DNA of 64,000 nt from the human T2T-CHM13v2.0 reference genome, Homo sapiens, in the NCBI RefSeq assembly GCF_009914755.1, contig NC_060925.1. One strand, given 5' to 3'. The first letter of the stretch is position 1. The number at the start of each line of letters is the position of its first letter. The translations under genes were made by a program, and so were the position numbers. This document shows positions 13,600 to 27,995 of this stretch, in pieces. The notes beneath the pieces are model-generated. The model did not search any database. It was not told the DNA's origin and saw nothing but the letters and a program-made list of their open reading frames with translations.

Positions 13600-14372
13600 T
13601 GCTTGCTCTCTCCTTTCCTCAGATTCCTGTTTCAATCAGCATTTCAGTGAGGCCTTTCCTGATGCCACATCTGAAAGAGTAACTCCAACCCACACCAACA
13701 TAACAATCCCCCTTACACCTCTCCAGCACTGAACACCATCTGACTTATTATAGATCAATTTGCCTATCCATTAACTGTCACTCTCTAGTAGGTGGGAAGA
13801 TAGCTTCCCCAAATCTGTCCACTTTATATGGAGAAAGTGTTTTTGGAGGTGTGATTAAGCTAAGAACTTTGAGTTGGAGAGCTTATTCTAGGTTATCAGG
13901 ATAGACCCTAAATGCAGTCACATGTATAGAAGAGAGGTAGAGGGAGATTTAACACACATTAAAGAGAAAGCCAGGTAAAGACTGTACAGAGAGATGTGAA
14001 GATGTTGGCCTTGAAGATTGGCATGATATGGCCACAAGCTAAGGAATGCCCACGGCCACCAGAAACTAGAAGAGGCAAGGAATGGGTTCTCCCCTAGAAC
14101 CTCTGGAGGAAGAGAGTGTGACCTGGCTAACATCTTGACTTCAGACTTCTTGCCACCAGAACTGTGAGAGAACAAATTGTTGTTTTAAGCCACTAATTTG
14201 TTGTAATTTGTTACAGCCACCATGGCATACTAATACACTCTCCTTTAGTGAAATATAATCCCCAAGAGGAAAAAGACCTTTTCTCTCTTTTGTTCTTTAT
14301 TCTATCCTCAATCCTACAGCTGGGGTCTGATATACACCAAACATTTAGTATTTACATTTGATAAATGAATAA
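13600..14372 (+). mobile_element. L2 3' part, split by the MLT1 LTR
   Basis: CAGTGAGGCCTTTCCTGA... before the LTR; ...TTTGATAAATGAAT after it. Confidence 0.6.
13786..14237 (+). mobile_element. MLT1C/D solo LTR
   Basis: GCCACCAGAAACTAGAAGAGGCAAGGAA...CCAGAACTGTGAGAGAA...CTAATACA; 5-bp TSD CTCTC. Confidence 0.88.
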
Positions 14373-16478
14373 GTGGAAGAGAAAGAGTCCATATAACATT
14401 GGGATCTAAATTTCTGTTCATTTTCCTCTTTAAAATAAAACTATTTTCAGCAGTTTAAAGAGTTAACATCTGCCAACATAAGTCAACAACTCACTTACAA
14501 TATAATTAGTCCTACTAGAAGAACCATGTCAGGTAATACTTTAACGGAATGGTCTTTCCCAATTAGTAAGTGGCTGAGCTGGATCTAGAAACCAGGACGT
14601 TGGCTATCAAGCCTAATATTCTGTCCAATCTGGCCCAGCTAGCTTCATCTAGACATCCGTTCTTTTGGAGGAGTTTACAGGGCCCAGACAGAACCAAGGC
14701 TAGTTTCCACAGGTAACACTAACCAGTCTCATTTCTTTACAACCATCTTCATTTATCATATCTCCAAGAGATTTCTGTCTTAATAGTCAAAGCCAGCTGC
14801 TACCACCCAAGGCCGATTCTGCCAATGATAGATTTTTATAATGCGTGTAGCTAATAGGGCTTATGCTGTCATAATGTGGCAGGACTAGATAAATCTCTGT
14901 AATAAAACTAAGAATCTCTTGCGTTTATATATTGCTTTTACTTTCTAAGTGCATTCGCATCTGTTCTGTCATTTTCTTATTCCAATACCCTTAGGAATGA
15001 TGGATCCGTCAGAGGCAATGCTCTTTTTATTTAGATCGAAAAAACTGGAAGGACGACTGAAAAGTGCTTTCAATAATCCCTTCTGGCAAGTGGGCATAGT
15101 CATTGCCCCTCTTACACACCAGAACCTTATTAGGATCAAATATGTAAGTTGATGTCCTTAGAAAAGCATAAAAAAGCTTACCCATCTGATGAGGCTCCTC
15201 TGATGAACCAGTCCTTGCTTTAGAATAAAAAATGAAATTCTGGCACTCTTACCCCATAAATTATAATTGCCTTTTTTACCTCTCCTTAAGCTTGGCGCCC
15301 CATCCCTCTTTTCTCCTCCCCTTGGCATGTAAACTTAATGTTTCGACCAAATGAGTCAACCAGAACGGGAATACAAATTCACTAAGCAAATGTACAAAAG
15401 GTATTCATGCGCTATTGCGGTTAAACTGCCATTAAAACAAGAACTAAACAATAAAAATCTTGTGTTTATAGGATGATGCAATCATAAAGAGAAAAAAATC
15501 ATTCATCTTTGGTCATCAGCTGTTTTCTCCAGTCTGCCCATGATCTGCTCAGAGAAAGAAGATAAATGACAACCACTGAACGGGCCAGGATAACCAAACC
15601 CAGACTTGAGGGAGATGGTTTGTCCCATTTCTGCAGCTTTTGACACACATTCAATTTTGTTTGGGGAAATGCAAGGACCATGTCAATGGGAAAATCTTGG
15701 TCACAAAATATATATTTAGAGCAACTATTTCAAAATTATATTTTTCACTTCTTTTTTAGCTCTAATGGGAGCACATTTAAAAAAGGAATACATAACACTT
15801 ATACCTTTTTAGAAAATAAGGTATTGCTCTTATAAGCCATTTATTCCTAATTACACAATTAGTTTATCATTCTGCACTTGCTGAGAAAAAGCCTATAAGG
15901 CAAAGAATGGGCTGACTTAAGTTTTTTTTTTTTTAATTATTAAAAAAAGTTAACAATCTAGTTTCTTTTCCTTCTGGAATTCAAAAATGTTAAAGCTACT
16001 AAGTATTTCTCATTTCTGGATAATAAAATAATGATGTAATTAACAATCAAATAGCATAACATCATATGAAATTGTTAAATCTACTTGTGAATAGAAGTAA
16101 AAGCTGTACCATTTTAAGGAATTTTAAAATGAGATAATTATCACGTAGTTTGAGAGTGGAAATCAAATTCTTCCAATATGCATGCTACTCTTGTTGGGTA
16201 CTTCTAAAAAGTTGCTCTGATGGTGGGACTCCTAAGGTTTTGGATGGAGCCAGTTACAACTGCAGGGGCATTTGCTTCCAGAGTGTTATTTTTACTCCCA
16301 GTGAACTGCTCCTCCAACGGCCTTCCCCAGGACACAGTGTCTGCTGGCCACACAGTTTCTTCAGCCACTGCTCTGACTACAGACCAGAGGGCACCAGCTG
16401 AGCTGGGGAGGAATGGACTGCATTTCTCCTTCAGAGAGGTCCAGTACCATCCTTCACCTAGACTGTTGAGTCTCTTGA

Positions 16479-16823
<345 letters not shown>

Positions 16824-17071
16824 ACTGTCTCCTTTCAATTAGTCTACCCCACAGCAGCTAGAGGTCCTTCTGAAATGAGAATTTGATTGTCTCTTCCTTA
16901 ACATCCTTCAAGAGTTCACCATTCCTTTAGGATCACATCCAAATGTCAATGGATAGCATTCAAGGACCTTCTCCATCCTTCCCAAACCTGTCTTTCCAGG
17001 TCCCCTCCTGCTATGCATCACTTAATATCTTGTGCTCAAGCCTCATGAATGGAAAAGATATTTATGCCTCT

Positions 17072-17638
17072 TGTAGGGGAAGAAAAACAATTTTTCTTTC
17101 ATCCTTCGTAAGTTCTTTGTTGGAACAAACTCCTGTTACAAAAGACAGATGAACAAGAGAAAAGCGAGGAAAAATAAGTTTATTAACATGTATATTTCAT
17201 ATATACATGGCAGACACCCAGGGAATAAGTAGTTCTCTAAGAGGTGGCTTTGAATACCAGCTTACGTAGTATCTTCAACAGAGAGAGGTAAACTTTTAGA
17301 GAAGTGACAAGACAAAGGAAAAGGACTGAGTTTCTGGGGACAGCAATTGGTGGGAAGACAAATAAATGGCAGACAAAGGCTGTTAGTAAAGCTTATTAAT
17401 GTAGATTCCTCTAGTACCATCTCTAGACCAAGAAGCACCCAAAGTGGTCTCCAGTGCTTAACCTTTGTTCTCTCCCTGGTAGGAGGAGGAGCAGGGAACC
17501 TTTTGTCTCTGTCAGTCTAGGTCCTGCTTTTTAGGCAAATAGAGGGAAGGTAGAGAGCTTTTCTGCATCTGCCTCTTCCAAATTGCCTTCAGCTGGATAA
17601 TCCTTCATGTTTTCAGGTGGCATATTCCAGCCTCCCAC
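17072..17638 (-). mobile_element. MER34/MER39-family ERV1 LTR
   Basis: TGTAGGGGAAGAAAA...AAAAGACAGATGAACAAGAGAAAA...TGCCTTCAGCT...GGTGGCATATTC. Confidence 0.7.
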
Positions 17639-17991
17639 TGTTTTAGTCTGTTTGTGTCACTATAACAAAATACCTGAGACTGGGTAATGTATAAACCATG
17701 GAAATCTATTTCTCACTGTCCTGGAGGCTAGGATGTCCAAGAGCAAGGCACCAGCAGGTTCAGTTATCTGGGGAGGGTTGTTCTCTGCTTCCAGGATGGT
17801 GCCTTGCAGAGGAATCCTGCAGAGGGGCTGAATGCTGTGTGAAGCCTCTTTTATAAAGGCCTAAATCCCATTCACAAGGGAAGAGTCCTCATGACCCAAT
17901 CATCTCCCAAAGGCTCACCTCTTAATAACTACTGCATTGGAGATTGTTTCAACCTGATGCTCAGAGGTCCACAAACATTCAGATCATAACA
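17639..17991 (-). mobile_element. MST/MLT1A-type MaLR LTR inserted in the terminal bases of the MER34-like LTR
   Basis: TGTTTTAGTCTGTTTG...AATACCTGAGACTGGGTAAT...AAACATTCAGATCATAACA; TSD CCCAC/CACAC. Confidence 0.85.
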
Positions 17992-20044
17992 CACACAATC
18001 TCTACTCTCTCTGCCTTCTTCCATGATTTATCCTGGTGATACCCATTCATCCTTTAACTCAAATGTCACTCTGGATTCTAAGTCTCAAAAGGGCAAGCAT
18101 GACATCCTGTATACTTCACAACACGTGCATGGCTCACCGTGGCCTATGTGAAGTGCTTATCAGAAACTTCTAAACCTATTGTGAAAAGAACTAGCATTTC
18201 TTCCAATAATATTATTCCCCTGTTATTCACTTTTTCTGATCTTTTGCTTATTTTCCTATTTCTTTGCTTTTTTTTTCTTCTTTCATTTTCAATTTCTCTC
18301 TAATAGGGGGAGCACCAGGATGGGAAAGAACTTGAGGTTGGGGAGCCTTTGGTGAAACCAGTTGCTCTATCTGCCTCTACTGGAATTTCTTCTTAACACC
18401 CCATTGAATGCATCTGCCTCAGGGGCCTGGATTGTGACAGCTGTTTAATAAACCACATCAGCAGTGCACCAGGCTTAAGACAGAATGAAAGTGAGAACCT
18501 CATATTCCATTTCAACTCTGGTGATAACCTCTGAATTCCATTATTCACCATTTTAATACAACCTTTATTATTTTCCTCAATGTCCTCCCCCCACCTCTAG
18601 TTTCCTTCTTCCCTTTGGTGTAGTCAAATGGCCTTTGGCTCAGCGGTTGGTGGCTTTATACATGCAGCCTCTATTCATATGCATAAGCTTACAGCTGCTC
18701 AAATACTTCAGAAATCTGATCAGCCTCCCCTTCCCGCTCCCCCTCCTAAATGCTTCGTGAAATCTTTGCTAGGCAGAGAAAAAGGCCATGTCTCTTAGCT
18801 GCTCCTGCCCTGCCTGTCCCCATTCAATTGTGGGGATGCATTATAGTGGAGTGGTGGTGGTTATCCTTTTGAAGTCCTTACATATTCCACCCCACTGAAT
18901 AGAAGTGAAAGGGGGAGGGATGGAGGAAAAAAAGGATGCTGGTGCTGGCCATGATGGAACATTATGGAAAGTCAAGCTTCTGAAGAGGAGCTTGCTTCCA
19001 ACTGCACTATCTTCTAGGCAGTGAGACCAGCATCTTCACATTTTACAATAGAAGGGACGGCAGCTAATTTCAATGCATCATGTAACTCCCAAGAGGTGTC
19101 ACTTTACCTGGATGCTTAAAGGCAACTTCCCTGTCTCTCTCGGATGGGGCTGACAACATGGAATCTCCCCCAGCAAAGAATGTGTGCAGGAGTGACAGAC
19201 AGCTTGAGGAAACACCTGTTTCACTTGCCTCACCCAAGCCACAGTTATCTATCACTCAGCAGTTCAAAGCTGAACTGGCCAGGACAGAGCACCAAATTGC
19301 TGGCAGAGGCCGGGCTCCAGTCAAGTGCTGGCATCTCATCCAAACAGGTTGAAATTAGGTTTCAAAACTACCTGTGAGAAAGAAAGATGAGGTGGAAAGT
19401 CGCTGATGTGAGCAAAAATACTGCAGTAATAGCTGGTTGGGGAAGAGAGCGGGGGGGAACTGAGCTGCAAAAACACTTAAAACATGCTACTCTGAAAGCC
19501 TGTGGCTCCCTTGTCTCCCCCAACTCTCTCTTTTATTAACTTAGCTTCTTTTATGAGTACTTTAATAAAACGAACTCTTTTTTACCCTGTGCAAGGAAGA
19601 TCCATAAATGCTCCTACGTTGAAAACAAAAACAAAAAGCAAAAAACTTACATTTCCCAGGATATCCGAAAGAAAGGAATGGGTAGGGGAGGGAAGAGCAA
19701 TAAATGGTTACACTAAAGGCTCCTGTTATATGGAGTCATACATAAGGTGGGCACGAGGATGCCTTCTGAAAATCCAGCTGACGCCATGTGAAGGAAGGCA
19801 TACTTTTTCAAGACTTGGGAGGAAGATAATCCTTTATGACTCCTCATTTAACTTCTTTATATCTAGTGATTTATCATCTAATCCCTGAGCTTTACTTGGG
19901 GTCACAAGAGTCCTCTTTTACTCTGTGTGTACAGTGAGGGCTGAAGGGTGAAAGGGAGCCTCATCTACAAGCCCAGGACATGTTCTGAACCGACTGGCCA
20001 CCCGGAGGCCTTAAGACCCCTTGGGAGAGCAAGGAAAGAAGATT

Positions 20045-20550
20045 TTTTCTCTCTGACATCCCACATTGAATCCACCTGCAAATCCTGTTGGTTCTACTTT
20101 CAAGATACATTCAATCTACTTTTGGCATCTCCTCTGTTATCACCTTGTATATGGTCCAAACTGCCCTCATCTGTCACCTATATTACTACAATAACTTCTA
20201 CCTGGTCTCCTTGCTCCCACCTTTGTCCCCACTTGTTCTGCATAAGACAGCCTAAGGTAGTGGGAGAGGTCCTCCACTCCACGCCACCACACCCGGCCTC
20301 CTTGTTTTCTTGATTATCCTGTTTAAACTTGCAATGACCCCCCACTGCCTTCACTATCCACATTCCCTACTTTATGTTTCTCTATAGCACTTATCATGGT
20401 CCCATACACTATATATTTTACTCATTCTATATCTGCCAACCTGTATGTTCCATGAGGGCAGGAGTTTTGTTTCTTTCATGCCTGCATCCTCAGTGTCTAA
20501 AACACTGCCTGGTACATAATTGGTGTTCAATAAATATTTGTTGAATGAAT
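20045..20550 (+). mobile_element. L2a
   Basis: GCAAATCCTGTTGGTTCTACTTTCAA...TGCCTGGTACATAA...CAATAAATATTTGTTGAATGAAT. Confidence 0.85.
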
Positions 20551-20615
20551 ATTATGCTCATTCTGAGGCCAAAATTCTTTAAAATTGGGGATAAAGGCTG
20601 TGTCAGCATTGGAGC

Positions 20616-21180
20616 TGTTGTGCCAAACCCCTATTAACCTCAATAGGGAAGGTGTTAGGGTCAAGAGGCCAAAGAAAAGAACCAGGAACAGCAAGCAAGA
20701 CATGAGGTTTTATTAATGGATTACATAGACAGGAGAGATTCCAGTGGTGGTGAGTTGGACAAGAGATTTGCCTTACATACAGAGACAGATCAGTGGCAGC
20801 AGCTGGACAAAATGTCTGCCTTACCGCCTTACCTACAGTCAACAAAGCCCAGCGGTGGTGGGCTAGGCAGGAAAACCCCAACCATTTGCAAAGAGCATGC
20901 AGTTTATATAGCATTTCACTTAATATCCTGCCCTTAACAACCTCCACCTGGCAATCTTCATCCAACCCAAAACTCAGGGCTTCAATCCTCTATACAGCCC
21001 ATGTTCCACAGGATGGGCTGGGGTGTGTACGTAGGGATGGGGCTCAGATGTTCCTCATTGACAAGGAATGAATCTCCAGGTTGGCCACGCCCAAATTCCC
21101 TAGCTTGGAACACGAATTCAGGTGTATCTGCTATATAGGCTATGCTTAAATTATTGCTGTCAGGTGCATCTACTGTACGG
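20616..21180 (-). mobile_element. ERVL solo LTR (LTR32/LTR18/LTR47 group)
   Basis: TGTTGTGCCAAACCCCTATTAACCTCAATAGGGAAGG...CAAGAGGCCAAAGAA...GACATGAGGTTTTATT; TSD-like GGAGC/GGCGC. Confidence 0.7.
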
Positions 21181-22907
21181 GGCGCAACTTCCCAGTGGGC
21201 CACAGGACACAGCTCCTCCAGGGATGTGGGTGTGTAATGGTCAGAGCAGGATAGATGTGGAGAGCAAAGTCAGGAATGCCAGTCAACCGCAGGCCTAGAC
21301 ATTGAAAAACTGGTCTCTAAGTTTGAAAGGAGAATATATATATATATATAAAACTATCAACCACAGCACAGTCATTGATGCTTACTTAGTGAGAGGGCAG
21401 CTCTCAGTGGTTAGGAAGAACCCCCCTCTCCTCCCCCTTAACCAGGTGGCCTCATTCTGGAACAAAAGGCATCCAAACATAAAGAAACAGCACTGCCACT
21501 CTGCCTTCTCAGCTCTTATCTTTACTGCTCTGTTCTTGTCATCATATTGGTCCTTAGAGTAGGCCACGCCAAGTGCAATCAGGGTGGAATTAGTTGCTAC
21601 AGGATATCTGTAGCAACTTCACAGAAGTTCCTCAGAAGGAGATTTCATGGCACAAATTCCCAGTGGCTGAAGTGGAAGAGCTCAGCAGTCAAGGGCTTTG
21701 TATTAATTACCCTGCCCTGGCTTCCTTCCCTTAATGCTCAGGTGGCCTGGTTAAAATGAATCCCATCCTCATTCTTCCATTTAAGCCCAATGATAGTCAT
21801 AGTTCTAGCAAGGAGGGTGCAGTAGGGACGTCCACACCCTGAACCTGCCCTGGATTAGGACAATACACTGGCTCCTCTCTGCTATTCTTAGAATTGGAAT
21901 CAAAGTGTGGAATTGTCCACTCTCTTTCCATGTCAACACAAGACCTCAATCTCTGATCCAGCCTGACTTTCAGAAGTCCACAGTAGACACAGGAGTGATA
22001 CGGAACTGACCCTTCAGGGCAGGGTTTAAAACTAAGTGTTATCTCAAAAACAGTGTCCAGGGTTAGGTATGGCAACCGAAGAGAAGCTCCAGCTGTAAAT
22101 GGTCTGGAGGTGACAACTGGGTAAAAGAAATCCCATAGCAAACAGCAAGCAGGTTTCGAAGGGAGGGAAGGCAGAAACCTAGACCCTGGGTTTTAGAGGC
22201 CTCTGCATCCCTCTGTTTTGGAGAGTTGGGGTTCAGGACCTGTTAAAGCAACTTAGAGTCTTCAGACAGGAATAGACAACTCTTGGTTAAGTTCAGGACA
22301 GATTCAATGGGAGAGATAGAATTTTCATTACTTTAAAAACAGGCAAAAGAGTAAGTGTCTGTAAATCTAACTCAGCCAGAATCTATCTCAATATCCTTTT
22401 TTATTTTTTAAAGGTAGACAAATTTATTATATTTGGAGCATAACCAACTTGTTTCTTATTCTTAGCTCTGCCTCCCTGCCAGGCCAGACATACTCACGGA
22501 CACCAAAGCCATGGGCACCAGCCCTGATTGTAGTGGATATGAGTTATGAGTTAGAATGAATGCATTTGGAGACTGGAGCTAACAGAATTTGTAAACTATG
22601 CAAATCATTTCTTATCCTTCTTACTTTAAAAATGGACTATTCTGCTACTCTCAGCAGATTTCAGCCTATTCACTGAGTACTTCAGAGTTTACAAAATACT
22701 CTCATATACATCATCTCATCTTGTCCCTGTCCCTGCAGGAAGCAATGGGGTGAAAAAAAAGGGGGGGATTACTTCAGATCAGTCTCAAAACATCAAAACA
22801 TGACTTAGCTGGTCCTAGTCCCACTCTGTCATGGTTTGGTTTTTAGCTCAAATAAACACATTCACTGATTTACAAAACTAGGTAATAAAACATTCATCCC
22901 TACCTTC

Positions 22908-23206
22908 TTTTTTTTTTTTTTGAGACAGTCTTGCTCGGTCGCCCAGGCTGAAGTGCAGTGGTGTGATCTCAGCTGACCGCAACTTCTACCCCTCAGGTTC
23001 AAGCGAAACTCCTGCCTTAGCCTCCTGAGTAGCTGGGATTACAGGCACCTGCCACCACACCCAGCTTTTTTTTTTTTTTGTATTTTTAGTAGAGACAGGG
23101 TTTTGCCATGTTGGCTGGGCTGGTCTCTAACTCCTGACCTCAGGTGATCCACCTTATTGGCTTCCCAAAGTGCCGGGATTACAGGCATGAGCCACCGCAC
23201 CTGGCT
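22908..23206 (-). mobile_element. AluSx-like
   Basis: Full-length; TSD ATTCATCCC(TA/AG)CCTTCT. Confidence 0.95.
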
Positions 23207-26200
23207 GATTCATCCCAGCCTTCTGACCATAGGATAGAACTCTTTCTTAACTAGCGGATTCCTGGGGGCAGGAGGTGGGAAGAGAGTGTGACAAGTACAG
23301 CCTGTTCTCTCCTGAAAACTCAATTTGTCTTCTTTTCCCCTCCCTGTGAACTCTTAGTTGATACTGAGCCCGTACTGGTATATTCTTATCTTTCCCTTTT
23401 ACGCATCAGATAGAAGCTAATGAAGGGTTCTTCTGATTGAATTTTGTGCTTATAGTTCCCCAGGTGAGATTATAAGAAAGGAAAAATATGGGGAGGTTGA
23501 ACTAATACAACCTCAGGTGCATGTAGCACAATTTGATGGGATCTTAAAGGCCTTTCAGACTTTTAGTCTACAATCCCAAAGTGGTCTCTCTAATTCCTAC
23601 CCCCTCCTTCTTTCTTGCCCCACACCAAGACTTCCTATAACCCTCCCCACTCACTGCCACACCTAACAGGAGGAAGTGACTCAAATCTCCCCAGGACCCC
23701 CAGCTTGTAGGCACCGATGTGGCATCTCCTTTCCTAAGGTCCTCTCCAGGTTTATCGGGCAGACACAGGCTTCCTAACAGCTCTAGCCACCACACAGTCG
23801 CCTCAGCACTCCACCTTTCCTGCACCAGTGACCGTTGTCAAGGTCCTCAGCGCAGAAATCAACTAGGAAGGCTGCCTCTCTGTGAGGTGCGGGCACACAT
23901 GGTGGAACACCAGCATCTGTGCCAGAGCCTGTCTCCCCGGAGGGAGGTTAAGGTCTGCAGCAGTCAGGAGTCTGCCTCCCATTTACTGCCATTCTTTCTT
24001 AGCTGAAGGTGCTGAGTGCTTCTTGTCCTTCCCATGATTCTCAGAGCCCCTTTTAAATCATCTCTCTGAACTCGAGCATAGTCCATGGGACTGGGTGGAG
24101 GAAAAACACTACACACCACTACTAGATTGCCCATGTCCCTTAACTCCAATCCCTGGTTCTAAAACAGCTTTCTTCTTACTGGCCTCCTCCTTTCTCATCA
24201 AATCACTCATAGAAACAGCTGCCTGAGGAGCTGCCAGCTCCACACACCCATCAGGGTGACAGCTTGCTGCCAGGCATTCTCAGAGGTTCCAGCAGTGGCT
24301 CACACCCTTCAAACTGAAAAGTGTTCTTTCCTCTCTCAGATGATCGACAGGCCTGATAAACACTTGGTTCAGTTAGGTGACTGAAAAAGAGGGCTCCAGA
24401 TGAGCAGAACCTCCTCACCCCTATACCTCACCGATGGGTCATAAAGCAATGGACTTTCAGATATTAGCAACAGATCTCGCTCACCTGTGGTTTTCAGAGC
24501 TTTGGTTAATAACCTGAGTTGCCCTGGCCTCCAGGCTTGTCTCTTTCCCCAAGAATCGACCCAGGGCTACTTAAGGCAGAGAGCTCCATTTCCTGGAATG
24601 AGCTGCTCTGAACCAAGACAAGTTCATGGTCTCTGAGTCCTCATTTGTGGCCTGCTGTCTTGATAACAGCTCTCTTGTCAGTCCTCCATAAGCTCTGGTC
24701 CAGCCTCCCCGTTGCAGGACATTTTTTCATCTTCAGAAGATTCTGAGACTTTAGGAATGAATCATTGCTGGTATGCAAAGTTACATAAGAAAAGCTAGGG
24801 ACAAACTAGGCAAGTAAAGAATTCTAGTTTTTCCAAAATGGAAATTTTAGAAAAATATAAAAAATAATCTTATCAAAGCATGTGCTTCCTCTGGCAAAGC
24901 ATACCTCTCCTATCCACAAGGAGCCTTGGGTGCAGGGGAAGATGAAATAATGATATTGCTCATTAGAGACAAAGAGGAAACTAGATGGGTCTACAGGGAG
25001 GGCTCCTTCCTAGTGTTCCTTCAGAGAGGGATGCTTTCCTACTCTGTTGTGGCTTATCATGTAGATTCATTCTTGCATAGAAAGCAAATAAGAGAATTGA
25101 ATGCCATCATTTCTGTGAGGAAGAAAAAAGAAATCAACATATCAACTGTTGTCCTATTTGCATCCCTTCCTTCTGCTTCCTTATAAAATTAGCAGCAAAA
25201 TGACATTCCTTATTCCTCCATGCAAGTCGTACAACTGACAGCCTTAGCATCCCAAATAAAGCTCCTCTCCTTAAGTCCAATATTGAAGTCACTTAAGAAC
25301 TCTCTGCCCTTGATTTTGATCCTTTCTCCTGTCAAAGTGAGGGTGACATTAACAAGTGTGCACAGGAGGGGGCTTTGTGCCAATTAACAGTTTCTCATTA
25401 GCTTAATTAGGGGACACATGTTTTTAATCACAGCTAAGAAAGTGGAATGATTGAAGAATTGATTCTGAGCTTTTGAAAGCATCCCTGTCAGTGCATGGAA
25501 TTTAATTCTGCAGATGTTGCTTTAAAAGAGACAGTGGTAGAAAGAAATAGCTTTAAATGACATGGCCTCACTGAGCATAATAAGAGAATAGGAATCTGAA
25601 CCAGATAAACAGAGTGTTTCCACTTCGGATCTAAGACAATCTTTTTCAGGCTATCTGCAGAATCGAGGGTCTTGCCCTCTTTGTTATATTATGTGAGATA
25701 GCCAAGTGGGACAATTTTCTTTTCTTTTCCACTAACCCTTTATCCCTAGATTCCGAGTAAACAGACCTGATGGTTGTAGAGATGTTCAGATAATGTGGAT
25801 AGTTTAGATGCAGATTTCGGGGGGTTGCTGATGGTTGTTCTAGCTGAAACGGCTGTTAAATTTGGACTTCATGGAGTATTTGAGAAGTCTAAATTTGTGA
25901 GACCTGTTTACATCAGGAAATGGTTTGATTTATGGTCTTGCATGCTTGTAACCTGAAGCTGGGTAACTGTCACAGTCCGTATATAACCCAAAGGGCCACT
26001 CATTCAGATCATGCAAATCTAAAGGTGATTGTTAAGCACTAAAAATTACATTGATTTAAATGTCTATATTGTTTTGGGCTCTACACAATACAGCAAGGCC
26101 ATGACCCATTCCATTTAAAACCTTAGTAGGCTAATGTTTCACTAATTATGAGATTTTAATACAGTATGCACACAGATTTGTTCTTTGTAGAATGCAATCT

Positions 26201-26224
26201 TTACTGATATATCCCTTTTGCAAT

Positions 26225-27720
<1,496 letters not shown>

Positions 27721-27723
27721 ATT

Positions 27724-27995
27724 CAGCATTTCCCTAAATGTGTTCCATGGTACACTACTGCTTCAGGATTCTGAAAAATAAAATAAGTTCTGGCAGATAT
27801 ACATATGTTTGAGAAATGCTGGATAATCTAGTTCCTTATTAAGATTCACAGAGCATAGTTCCATTTTAAGGTTTCAAGAAGTCCTGCTGTACAGATACTT
27901 ATTTTATCTTGCTTTACCTAGAATTACGATTTAACCATGTAGTTCTTTTTCAAACAGCATCTGTTAGCATAAAAAAAAAACTCCTAATATTCTGT
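27724..27995. mobile_element. hAT-Charlie DNA transposon remnant (Charlie4z/MER103-like)
   Basis: CAGCATTTCCCTAAATGTGTTCCATGG...GAGAAATGCTG and AAGAAGTCCTGC. Confidence 0.5.

Noticed and set aside
15185-15245. Two CTGATGA motifs with a downstream GAAA, suggesting a hammerhead ribozyme or C/D snoRNA
   Set aside because: No stem II closes between CUGAUGA and GAAA, and I found no helix I/III pairing or terminal stem
16380-16400. CTCF-like CAGACCAGAGGGGCACC
   Set aside because: Spacing and 5' bases do not fit the CCASYAGRKGGCRS core
20740-20880. Three ~50-bp degenerate direct repeats, superficially array-like
   Set aside because: They lie inside the ERVL LTR and lack unique spacers; ordinary LTR tandem structure, not CRISPR-like
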